A stretch of 64,000 nt of DNA from Takakia lepidozioides (taxonomy: Eukaryota; Plantae; Bryophyta). The position numbers and the translations under genes are program-made. The notes under the pieces were generated by a model. It ran no database searches. It saw nothing but the letters and a program-made list of their open reading frames with translations, and was not told the DNA's origin. Position 1 is the first letter of the stretch, and each line of letters opens with the position of its first letter. Positions 50,578 to 60,750 of the stretch are shown in pieces. The stretch is taken from NCBI GenBank assembly GCA_030704615.1, contig CM060732.1, positions 868,001 through 932,000 of the forward strand, read 5' to 3'.

Positions 50578-51548
50578 CCCACCCCCTGAGACGCAGCCGA
50601 AATCCCCTGTGCCCACCGTTGTCACGAGAGGGACGAGAACTGGCTCGGCAAAGAAGGCACTCTTCAACCCCCCCGGGGGGCACCCTTTCAAGCCGGTGGA
50701 AATGAAGAGGCCGAAAGTGGATCCCGATACAGTAGTCCAGTGTGTGAATGAGAGTTTTTTGGCGGCTTTGGATGGACGGGCAGCCAAGTTGGCATACATG
50801 AAGACCATGGAGGGTCTGAAGGGCAGAGCACTGAAGAAGGCGGCTGTCGAAGAGCCTTCCAACACCCCTGGGTTTCTGAAGATGGTCTCGTTCTTTGAGA
50901 GGGTGTGTGCAGACAAGGATTGCAGGAGGGGCGGAAATGCCACCGAGTGGTCTTGCGATATGATCATCTTGGATATTCCGGACGGAGAGCCTGTGGAAGG
51001 ACTGCAAGCTTTGCCATCTTGGAACAGGTACTCCGAGGACTTTTGGAAGAAAGGATTCGGGCTCGCCCGCATGGTGTTGGACGACAGAGGCTGTGTGGTT
51101 GTCCTGGCGAGCAGAGGCAAAAACACGCAGACAGGAATTGCGAAGTGGACCCGCAAGAGCGCCGTCCCATTTCTGAAGAAGAAGTGGACGTGCATCAACA
51201 CATTGGGCCTTCGGTCGGAAGGGAAGAAGGTAATTACGACCTTGGCACTTGTCCTTTCATTTTCTTAGGAGTTTTGAAATGCAGTGCCTCATTCGATTTC
51301 TAATCGTTCCCCACTGTGTATGCAGACAAAGCAGTTCGATGCATACTGCTTTGTGAAGGAGAACTTGACCTTTGCTTTCCGGAAGGAGGGATTGTTGGTT
51401 GACCCGAACTGCGACCCCATCGATTACGACGTCCTGTTCAACAACGTTCCCACGGAACTTCTCCCTCATAGCCTCACTTCAATTGAACCCCTGTGGTATT
51501 CACGCACTCGGAGCCCTACCTTCATTCAGACAATTATGGAAGCATACA
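50578..51548 (+). pseudogene. Amino-methyltransferase-like gene, copy 2 (two exons, truncated before motif I)
   Basis: SCDMIILDIPDG...PSWN...FW...ARMVLDDRGCVVVL; intron 51230-51325; second exon ends RTRSPTFIQTIMEAY. Confidence 0.7.
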
Positions 51549-51867
51549 ACAAGATTCTGCATACCTGTCCCACAGATGAGGTCGAGCACTGTGCCCTCCA
51601 CGTCAGTGCATGGGCATAGATTTGTCTGGAGTTGCTAAATGTGAGACACCATGTTCGATCAATAAAACAACCCATCGTACCTCACTTCTGTGTGCTTGTG
51701 TTTCATCGTGTTCAAGAACTGCCGTAATTGGCCCACTGTTTACAATTTGAGGTCTCATTTGTATAATGTGTCTGTCCATATGACTATACCAGAGTCAGCG
51801 ATATCAGAGTCCTGAGGTGAAGAAAATTCATGTATGAGTTGCAGGAAACATGTACACGCCGAAGCTC

Positions 51868-52872
51868 GGAAATTCGGCACCGCAATTCATTTTTCTCCAT
51901 GCAGCGATTTCTGGCAGCGATTTCTGGCAGCTCCCTTTCCTCCGTTGTCGTCGTAACGGAAATGTTGTACATCATTTCATTTCCTGACATGGCATTACCA
52001 TACTTCGAATTTGAAATGCGGCGCCGCATTTCCATATTGGACCTTGAACTGTCCAAGCATGTCCAGTCGCTAATGCTTGTCCATGTCCATACTTGAAATG
52101 TGGCACCGCATTTCCATGTCCGTCATCGAAATTTCGTACCGAACAATGAAATGCGGCACAGCATTTCCGGAGAGCACAATGGAATGCGGTGCCGCATTTC
52201 CGTCGAAGGGTCTGGAATTGGACAAACAACGATGGAAGTTCTGGAAATGCAGCACCGTATTTCCATGTCTGTCATCAAAATATCGAATCGGACAATGGAA
52301 TGCGGTGCCGCATTTCCGTCCATCAAGACGGAATGCCCACACGGGTCTGGAATTGGACAAACAACGATGTCTGTTTTCGAAATGCGGCGCCGCATTTTCA
52401 TGTTAGGCAATCGAAAGTTTTTATAGGACGATGGAATGCGGTGCCGCATTTCCGTCAAAGGGGCTGGAATTGGGCAAACAACGATGTCCGTTTTGGAAAT
52501 GCGGCGCCGCATTTCCATGTACGTCATCGAAATTTCTTATTGGACAATGGAATGCGGTGCCGCATTCCCGTCTAGCATCATGGAATGGGGAGCCCAAGAA
52601 CGTCGATGGGTCTGCAGTTGGAAAAATGTCCATCTCCAAAAGGTAAATGCGGCACCGCATTTCCATGTTCGACCTCCGCATTTCGATTTACATCCATGGA
52701 AGGAGCTGGCAATCGGCAAAACTGCCGTGTCGGAACAGTTTCTGATGTCCAAACCATGAAACGGAAAATTGTTCCTTCCCCGGTTTTGGAAATGCGGTGC
52801 CGCATTTCCAAACGAGGTTTTTGCAGTTCCCACATTTCCGTTCAGACATTGAAATGCGGTGCCGCATTTCAG
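51868..52872. repeat. Array of about 14 palindromes GGAAATGCGG(C/T)GCCGCATTTCC with partly duplicated spacers
   Basis: CCGCATT anchors at 52024, 52106, 52159, 52192, 52255, 52308, 52390, 52444, 52507, 52560, 52655, 52800 and 52862. Confidence 0.9.
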
Positions 52873-53068
52873 ATTTTGGGAGGGACATACCCTCATGGAT
52901 GAGGGTATATCTCTCATTTGAGAAACATCCAAGAGGATGACCGCACCAAAGTTTGGACGATGTTGTCGTTGAGAGGCAAATGGGAGAGGGGACATGAAGG
53001 ACGGGGAGAATTTCCTTTATATACTTTGGAATAGAATTTAAATGTACAGAGAGTTCATTAAAATTCTA

Positions 53069-53537
53069 TTAATCTTGAAAATCATCACTATCGTCGTCCT
53101 GTCCTTGACTGTCCTGCTCCGCCTCCACCCCGTCGTTGCCTTTCTCATCTCTAGCGGACTGCTCGTTGGCCAGGCTTTCGAGAATCCCATCTTCACCTTG
53201 TAGAACCGACCATCTCACCTCCGTTGGCTCGTCGTCCTCCCTGTCTGCATCGCTCTCATCTGCTGAATCACATATGAACTTTCGCACCCGTCTACCTGTC
53301 TCAGTTGTTGCCAACTCTTTCCTTATTCTTCTGTCCTCCCTAGCCCTCTCCAAAATCTGCTCTACTTTACTGGGATTCTCACATCGTCTAATCGCTGTAT
53401 TTGCGAGTTTAGCTGCACAACTAGGAAGGGAGTAGTCCTTCACCGGGCTCGTCATGAAGTCGGCCCTCGCAAAGAACGGGACATTCTTCCTGGCAGGAAG
53501 TGTAGGCCCTACATGTTTCGACCCGGATCCTGGAATC
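53069..53537 (-). CDS. Homolog of the terminal exon/ORF at 1190-1649 (unknown function, acidic tail)
   Basis: RKNVPFFARADFMTSPVKDYSLP...IRRC..PS...DSADES...EVRWSVLQGEDGILE matches ORF 1086-1649; preceded by a similar AG acceptor. Confidence 0.55.
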
Positions 53538-53665
53538 CTGCACATAACAATCACCAACGAGACCAATGAGAACCACAGTCCGGAAATGCGTTTGACAAAA
53601 AATGACATGGCCCTTCAGATGTTGCGAATGAAAGCATAACGAGAGTTTGTAGATCTACATGGGCG

Positions 53666-54244
53666 TCACCAAGTCGACGAAACTTCGATAGCCCTCAAAA
53701 CAAGCTCATTACTGATGCGGCACCTCGAGGTAAACTGCAATGCGGTCGATCTGGTGCCCTTGGTGGAGCTGACGACAATGTCATGCCCATCAATCATATC
53801 ACCATCATACATTGACAAGGTCACTGTGGGCCTCCTGTGCCCGTGCGATTCGTCTTCGCAACTCAGCCGAATGTCTCCATACACTGGAAAAGCGGAGTGA
53901 ACTCCACGAATATAGTTTTCCCCGGTGCCGTCCTCCCTGGTCCACTGGTAGCAGTTCCAGCGCCAAAGTGAGGCCGTGCGTGATCTGTCCGACATCCCAT
54001 TCCACCTTGGTATATCGAGGTCAACAATTTTCAGGACCCAAGGACCGCATTGACCCTCGCCCTCACCTTGCTCAAAGCGGTAATAGCCCTCCAGATACTC
54101 CATTGCGCGCAAAGACTCCCGCTTGATTCCAGAAGCGTCTGTGAAAATAGAGAGCCAGACAATGATGTCTCCTGATTCTGGTTTGAACATAGCATAATCG
54201 TGGCCATGATAAGGGCAGTCAGCAGGATTTCGGCGGCACGGCAT
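53666..54244 (-). CDS. Orphan protein, about 192 aa, paralog A
   Basis: Intact ORF that aligns over its full length with 54801-55364; ATG at the homologous position. Confidence 0.65.
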   Translation of the reverse strand: MPCRRNPADCPYHGHDYAMFKPESGDIIVWLSIFTDASGIKRESLRAMEYLEGYYRFEQGEGEGQCGPWVLKIVDLDIPRWNGMSDRSRTASLWRWNCYQWTREDGTGENYIRGVHSAFPVYGDIRLSCEDESHGHRRPTVTLSMYDGDMIDGHDIVVSSTKGTRSTALQFTSRCRISNELVLRAIEVSSTW

Positions 54245-54800
54245 CCCTGAAAAAGAGTAGCGAAGTACGCTCAATGACAGCAGCTCCCGGATGGAGGAGG
54301 CAGCAGCGCGGTGGCTGGAAGAAATTCAAGCAAACGCTGCAATTCCTCACAAACACTCCAGGGCACATTTAAATTTCCCCCCGACAGGAACCTGCACGGA
54401 TGAAGATTGGCTCATCCATGAATGTAGCCGTTTCAGTTTCCTTCCCTGCCATGCAAACTATGGGCAGTAAGTGCCAAGTGGGCCTATAACAACTCGAGAC
54501 GACGAAGTCCATCCCCCCTTCAATGTAAATGCGGCGCCGAATTTCCATCCGGGGGATGGACTTCGGTGGCAGATTTCAAACTATACCCCCTGGATGAGAA
54601 AGACGTATCAGTTCATCCACCGCTGGCGTGATGAACACGTTACACGATGATTGGTGGGTACTTGTGACCCAGATGCTCCATTATTGGAGCCCGCACTGCT
54701 CTTCCGCTTCTCATCATTTCAAAAATCTAAGGGCTTCGTTGTTGTCCGCAAGGTCATTGTCATCGGCATCAAAGACGTCCTCAGGTCCTCCTTTGCAAGG

Positions 54801-55364
54801 ATGTCGTGCTTCCGGAACCGGGACGACTGCCCTTATGGAGGCATCGATTATGCAATGTATTCGGCCACATCGGGAGACATCGTTATCTGGTACACAGATT
54901 ACACAAAAGATACTGGTTCGAATGTGGAAACATTGTCCGCTTTTGAGTATCTCCCAGGCCAATACGCCTTCGAGCGGGGTGACGATCTTGGTCTGAGGAG
55001 TCCGTGGCTCCTGCGCATCCTTGATTCCGATTTTCCCAGCTACGACGGGCACCCATGCAGAAGAATGCGCACTGTTATGCTGTTGCGGTGGAACTGCTGC
55101 CAGTGGACGTGGGTGGACTCCATCGGAGAGACTTATACTCCTGAAGGAGTGCGCTCATCTTCTCCATTGTATGGGGACATTCGCATTGGTGTGGTCGACG
55201 AAAACGTGAAGCTTTCCATATTCGATGGTGGTATGATTGAAGGGCAGGACATTGTGGTGAACATCAACAGGGGCGGTACAACGGCTGCAATCCAGTTTAC
55301 CTGGAGGAGCCCGATGACTCATGAGCTTGTTCTCAGAGCAGTCGAAGTCCCATTGACAACGTGA
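54801..55364 (+). CDS. Orphan protein, about 187 aa, paralog B
   Basis: Shared blocks with paralog A: DCPY.G.DYAM, SGDI..W, EYL.G.Y.FE.G, RWNC.QWT, YGDIR, DG.MI.G.DIVV, QFT.R, ELVLRA.EV. Confidence 0.65.
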   Translation: MSCFRNRDDCPYGGIDYAMYSATSGDIVIWYTDYTKDTGSNVETLSAFEYLPGQYAFERGDDLGLRSPWLLRILDSDFPSYDGHPCRRMRTVMLLRWNCCQWTWVDSIGETYTPEGVRSSSPLYGDIRIGVVDENVKLSIFDGGMIEGQDIVVNINRGGTTAAIQFTWRSPMTHELVLRAVEVPLTT

Positions 55365-55708
55365 CTTGTATTCAGAAGGCACAGGGCTAAAGATTTGTTT
55401 GCACAATCAGCACAGTAGACGTGCTTCAAATGCAATTCATGTGGATCAATAAAAACCCCATTGTGTCTGATCTTTTTGTTCTATTCTGTATCCATCGTTC
55501 CCAGAATGCATCATTCCTCATTTCGTTTGCGATTGGGAGTGTGGGTGGATTTTGCAAGTGGCTGGTAGGCTGAAATGGGCCCCCATTGTCCAGAGCAGTA
55601 GCACCCTACCATTCGCGAAACATTGCCTTTCAATATGTAATTCTAAAAAACATTGCCGAACCTCCTTCATTGGGAGGTCCTTCTCCCCCTATGACCGTGA
55701 CACCCTAA

Positions 55709-55821
55709 ACCCTATTCCCGCGGACACTCATTTCCGGAAAATAGTCCTGCTCATGTTTTTTTCGACACTTACGACTCTGCTCATGGCTCATGGCTCATGG
55801 CTCATGAAATAACAGCCCCCC
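55709..55821 (+). mobile_element. Conserved element terminus, copy 2
   Basis: (GCTCATG)n GAAATAACAGCCCCCC, matching 1750-1862. Confidence 0.6.
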
Positions 55822-55860
55822 GTCTGGGGTCCCACTAGACCATGCCTTTCTACCATTGTG

Positions 55861-56545
55861 GATGGAAATGCGGTGCCGCATTTCCATCCTAATTGACACC
55901 TAAGTATCCTTGATACATGGTGGGATGATAACAGTCTGCACGGAAATGCGGTGCCGCATTCCCGTCCAGACATTGCTTTCCCGAGGGTCTGGACGGAAAC
56001 GCGCCACCGTATTTCCGTCCGGACTGATAGTGGACCATCCCTTCATTTCTGGTGGGACGGAAATGCGGTGCCGTGTTTCCGTCCAGAAGACCACTTCAGT
56101 TTGTGTACTTGGCAGTTGAAGGGAAATGCGGCGCCACATTTCCGTCCGGACTGTCATTGTACCTTTTCTTAATGACAGCTTCGACGGAATGGCGGTGCCG
56201 CATTCTAGGCCCGCTACCACTTACTCTGGCAGACATGACAGCGAAACGGAAGTGCGGCACCGCATTCCCGTCGAACTTGCCAAACAACCTTTTCTTCATG
56301 ATAGGATGGCCGCAAATCCAGCCATCCAGCCTTACCATCCTGAGAATGGGGACGGAAATGCGGTGCCGTATTTCTGTCCCAGCTGCTCTCCACGCTTGCC
56401 TTCAGTAAAGAGGGTTCACGAAGGGGACGGAAATGCGGTACCGCATTTACCACTGACTGCCATCCTCCCTGGCATCTTTATCCTCTTTGTGATGCGGTAG
56501 GGAGGTATCCTGATTGAACGGCCACTAATGCTGCACCGCATTCGG
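55861..56545. repeat. Second palindrome array (about 10 units) with unique spacers
   Basis: Units start at 55864, 55942, 55995, 56059, 56122, 56186, 56248, 56354, 56429 and about 56524. Confidence 0.9.
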
Positions 56546-56859
56546 TCTGTTGACTCATAGAGGCTGAAATGGTAGTTGAAGGGGTCATTGCCAACACATA
56601 TTCGGAGGCGGTAATGCCGGACCGTTGCATCATCACTGACTGTCCAACAAACACTAGACCTCTATTTCTTCGAATTCAATTTTCCAGCAATGTAGTGGCC
56701 ACCTGCCTCACGAGGAGACACGTAGGCCCCGACCTTTCGAATCCATACGGTGCATCTCCGCCGTTTGATGTCATCTTTTGCTGGTGACTCTTTCACTGCT
56801 CTAACACCCCTTCCAACACCATTCTTTGCCTCATTTCTTCTCTTTAGTTTCTCTTATGT

Positions 56860-58583
56860 TGCACAGCCTCATAGTGAGGTGGTGGAGGGATCGCAGGGCT
56901 CTGAAGACCCGCAGGACGAAAAGGAGGAAGCTACTGCAGCCCGCACACACCCTCGACCTTCTAGCATGGGTCCTCTTGTCGGGCCTAACCTTGTGTGCTT
57001 CAAGGACGTGCTTTGGAAAGGTAAAGGTTTCAAGTAGAAAGCAGCAGAGAAAGAGGCAATTTGACGATGAAGATGATGGAGAGTCGCCAACATGGGTCGT
57101 CCCCTTCTCCAGAAAATTAAAGAGCAGGAAGCATCAGGCGGTTGTTGAGGAATATACTACCCCATCGGATTAGTCCCCTTCCCCTACGAAGAGCAAGAAG
57201 TAGACGGGGGCGGTGGAGAATCGGACGAGAACGGAGGAGTCCCTTCCCTTGCAAAGACTAAGAAGCAGAAGGGGGAGAAAGCAAGGGCAGAGCAGTCTCC
57301 AGCAAAACCCCTCCACGAGTTGAAGCTCAGTTCTTGCAGGAGTTTCAGAAGGAAACCGGGGGCAACTCTGCAGAAGCTCAGGCAGTTGCTCTGACGACGA
57401 TCTCTAGCACTCCTGTCCTGGTCGATCTTTCAGCGGATGAAGGTGTTGTTTCTTAACATGGGGAGCTCGACTTCTCCTACCTGGAATAGGACTTTCGTGA
57501 CAATAGGGGAGGTATGGACGACTACATTCTCCCACATGATCTGCCCGGCTACATTCCCAAGAATGCAGGCACAGCTCTGGGCGGTCCATCTGAACAGCCC
57601 CTTCCCCCACCCCCAAAAATGTCGCAGGAGGATTTTCAGAGTGCAGAGAATCAAATGTTGGAGGAGACTCATAGCAGCATTGGCAGAGTTCTTAGGACCA
57701 AGGTCTTCCCTTGCACACTGCGAATTCCACTCTGTCGAATGGTCTCCTTCCTGATAGCGAGGCTTGCTCTCGCAAGGGATGTGGATAAGATGAAGTTCGC
57801 ATTCCAAGAAGGCTACTGGCTGGGGTCTGTCGCCTTCTATGTTTCCATTGAGATTGAGGAAGGTGGATCGCATGCCCGACAGCAGAAGAGTTAGCAGCCT
57901 AGGGTCCCCACTGCCACACTCGCAACACGGAATTCAAAAAAATGCTGAAGGATGATGCGGTGTTCGGTGGCCAGCCAAAATCCCCTCTAACCCCTCTTAC
58001 TATGAAAGCTGTGAAAACTGGCTCAGCAAAGAAGACACTCTTCAACCTCCCGGGGGGGCACCCGTGTGAGCTAGTGGAAATGAAGGGCAGGCCGAAGTTG
58101 GAGCCAAAAACAGTGATTCAGTGTGCGAATGAGAGTTTTTTGAGGGCATTGGATGGCCGGCCGGCCGCTGAAAGCCAAAGCTCTAAGGAAGGCGATTGCA
58201 GAAGAGCCTGTAGACACTCCAAGATTTGTAGCCATGATGGATTTCTTTGCAATGACAAGTGAAGGGAAGAATTGCATGAGGCGTGGAAAACGGACCGACA
58301 GGTAATGTCATTTGATCATCTTTGGATATTCCAGATGGAGAGCCTCTGGAAGGACTGGATGTTGTGCCTTCTTGGAGCAAGTATTTCTGAGGGCTTTTGG
58401 AAGAAAGGGTTTGGGCTAGCCCGCATGGTATGGGATGACAAAGGTTGTGTGGTGGTCCTTGGCAACAAAGGCAAAAACACAGAGGCGGGAATTGCCAAGT
58501 GGACCCGTAAGAGTGGCGTCCCAGTTCTGAAGAAGATGTGGACCTGCATCAACTCAATGGGCCTTCGCTCCAAGGGAAACCAG
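56860..58583 (+). pseudogene. Amino-methyltransferase-like gene, copy 3, retaining N-terminal regions (internally deleted, frameshifted)
   Basis: KKTLFNLPGGHP, CANESFLRALDGR, LDIPDG (58322-58339), FWKKGFGLARMV...WTCINSMGLRS. The donor site is mutated GT>AT. An upstream block reads IPLCRMV...DVDKMKFAFQEGYWLGSVAFYVSI. Confidence 0.6.
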
Positions 58584-58995
58584 ATAATTACCATACTGCC
58601 AAACAGAATCCGGTTGGTATTTTTAACTGTGGATTGGAATGCGGTGCCAAATTCTGCTTATGAATGGGGTCCATTGGATTTCGGCGGCACGGCATCCTTG
58701 CAAAGGAATCGCGGACGATGCTGCAGAAACAGTATTTCAACACTCAGGAGACTGTGTATGGAGATGAGAATGAGTTTGCAGACGCTGCCCTTCATTGCTT
58801 ATACTCCACAAGATATTTGATTTCCCCCCTTACAAGGACTTGCATGGATGAAGATTGGCGGCTCTATGAATGGAGCCGTTTTCAGTTTCCATCTGTGCCA
58901 TGGAAACATGCGCCGCTTTTCTCATCGGACTGTACGTACCCGGTGGAAATAAGGTGCCGCAATTGCTTTCGCGGATCCTATGACCGCGGATAAGT

Positions 58996-59093
58996 ACCCT
59001 ATTCCTGTGGACAATCATTTCTGAAAAAATTTACTGCTCATGATTTTTTCGGCAGTTACGAGTCTGCTCATGGCTCATGAAATAGCAGCCCCC
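58996..59093 (+). mobile_element. Conserved element terminus, copy 3
   Basis: ACCCTATTCCTGTGGAC...GCTCATGGCTCATGAAATAGCAGCCCCC. Confidence 0.6.
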
Positions 59094-59117
59094 GTTGAAT
59101 TCTGGCGCTAGGCTCCC

Positions 59118-59756
59118 TTGGAATACAAAGAGCTGGTAGCTTACATGTGGGCAGTGGGGCAAGTGAAGATTAATCCTACCCCGGCAGTAGACATTGTAAT
59201 GGGCTGCCCAAGTTTTTATATTGGCAGTTACTTGTACCAGATGTTCGTGACAATGAAGGGAAGCTGGCAGCGCTATGAGAGTATTGAAAAAGATACTCAC
59301 TGGGAATTACCCAAATTCCAACCACCAAAAAGAGTCGCAGGCACTTCAACATACATGAACAGACCACTATATGCTGAAGCATGGCGCCAGGCGAAAGACC
59401 ACTTTTCACCATTGGTCTTGGACAGAGACCACCATTTCAGAGAAACAGGGATCCAAGCTGTTAACTGGTTAATGGGCAGCAGGGCGACTAAACACATTAT
59501 ACCTTGGTCCAAGGAGGAGCTGCAAACCTACCAAGAAACCTTGACCACCAAAATCGACATGATACGTGGGGACGGAATAGCAGAACATCCTGATGACGAA
59601 AGCTGGCCTACTCACGAACCAGAGGAGCAACCAGATAGTGACAACAACAGGAACAAGAAGCTGCCACCACGACAATCCTGGGACGCACTTCCTACCCCAC
59701 AGACAGGCATGCCACCACCTTACATCCCCAAGAGATACAGCAAGCACAGGAACTGA
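59118..59756 (+). CDS. C-terminal part of a retrotransposon 3' extra ORF
   Basis: KELVAY...DIVMGC..FY...HWELP is homologous to KELIVF...SIVMGC..YY...HWVLP at about 7840-7650 (minus strand); followed by a polypurine tract. Confidence 0.55.
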   Translation: MEYKELVAYMWAVGQVKINPTPAVDIVMGCPSFYIGSYLYQMFVTMKGSWQRYESIEKDTHWELPKFQPPKRVAGTSTYMNRPLYAEAWRQAKDHFSPLVLDRDHHFRETGIQAVNWLMGSRATKHIIPWSKEELQTYQETLTTKIDMIRGDGIAEHPDDESWPTHEPEEQPDSDNNRNKKLPPRQSWDALPTPQTGMPPPYIPKRYSKHRN

Positions 59757-59804
59757 CGAAATCGTGCCGACACAATTTCAAAAGAGGGGGGGGGGGGGGA
59801 TAAA

Positions 59805-60598
59805 TGATAACGACTATGCTACGAGGGCCAGACAGCAAGGGTCACAACGGGACATATCGGGTAGTGATGGATGTACACTACCTGGCCACGGGTAGAAACG
59901 GCTAAGTACGCGGTACTTAGCAAATGGCGGAACAAGGGTACATTACCACGGGAGCAGTAGTGGGTAGTGTAGTAACCGTGGACCGTGAACCACAATATCA
60001 CACGGCCACGTTAGCATCGGCTTTAACCAATAGAGGGAGTAGTGGACCGTTTACCACTATGGCTCACGACCACTGCAACGAGCCACCTTTTTAGCAAACC
60101 TTTTAGGTTGCGTAGGCAGTTAGGCAAACGGTCATTAACGACTGCAGACTGTAACGGCTCTTTCGAGCATAGTATAAAAAGGTTGCACGCAACTTAGAAG
60201 GGAGAAATATGAGTATCAGTGATGAGTGTGTACTCAGGAACTCAAAGTGATTCAGTGTGTACTTCTGTGATGATATGACGAACTCTGAAGTAAAGCCATG
60301 CTATTCGAAGTATCTCTATGTAGAGTGAACGTGAGATGAAGAGAATGTGCATTATGAGAGAACGTGAGATGGTGAGAATGTGTATCATCTCATGATAGTT
60401 CTTGTTTGCCTTAATTACCATTTTCTTAACGACTTCAGTCGAATTCAGACAATGTTCATGGTTTAGCCATCCTTAAAACGATTACTTCGTAATCGTTTCT
60501 GAAAGCATACCCGTCGGACAACCTCTGTTGCATGTCTTAGGAAATGGGCAGTAGTGCTGATAGCCTGTTTTGTCTAAGTCATAAACCAACGGTTAACA
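59805..60598 (+). mobile_element. LTR (794 bp)
   Basis: Preceded by PPT AAAAGAG(G)nA (about 59780-59800). Ends are TGATAAC...GTTAACA (inverted, 1 mismatch). TATAAAA at about 60174. Followed by TGG (putative PBS, tRNA not identified). Confidence 0.6.
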
Positions 60599-60750
60599 GT
60601 GGGCGCTTGTTTTCATAGGAGGTTGGTCCGGATTTGATCACCGGTCAATCCTAGAGCGTGCTGTCGGTGGTGAGGCTGGGGTGATGACTAGTCAGACCAT
60701 CATTGTTTCTCTTATGGTGAGGCTGGGTTGATGACCAGCAGACCATAGGA

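Noticed and set aside
51972-52995. ORFs with MRRRIS/CGAAF/NAAPHF repeats
   Set aside because: These are translations of the DNA palindrome in all six frames.
55861-56545. True CRISPR array
   Set aside because: Eukaryotic context, no cas genes or leader, repeats are degenerate, and spacer lengths are too variable. Reported as a palindrome array instead.
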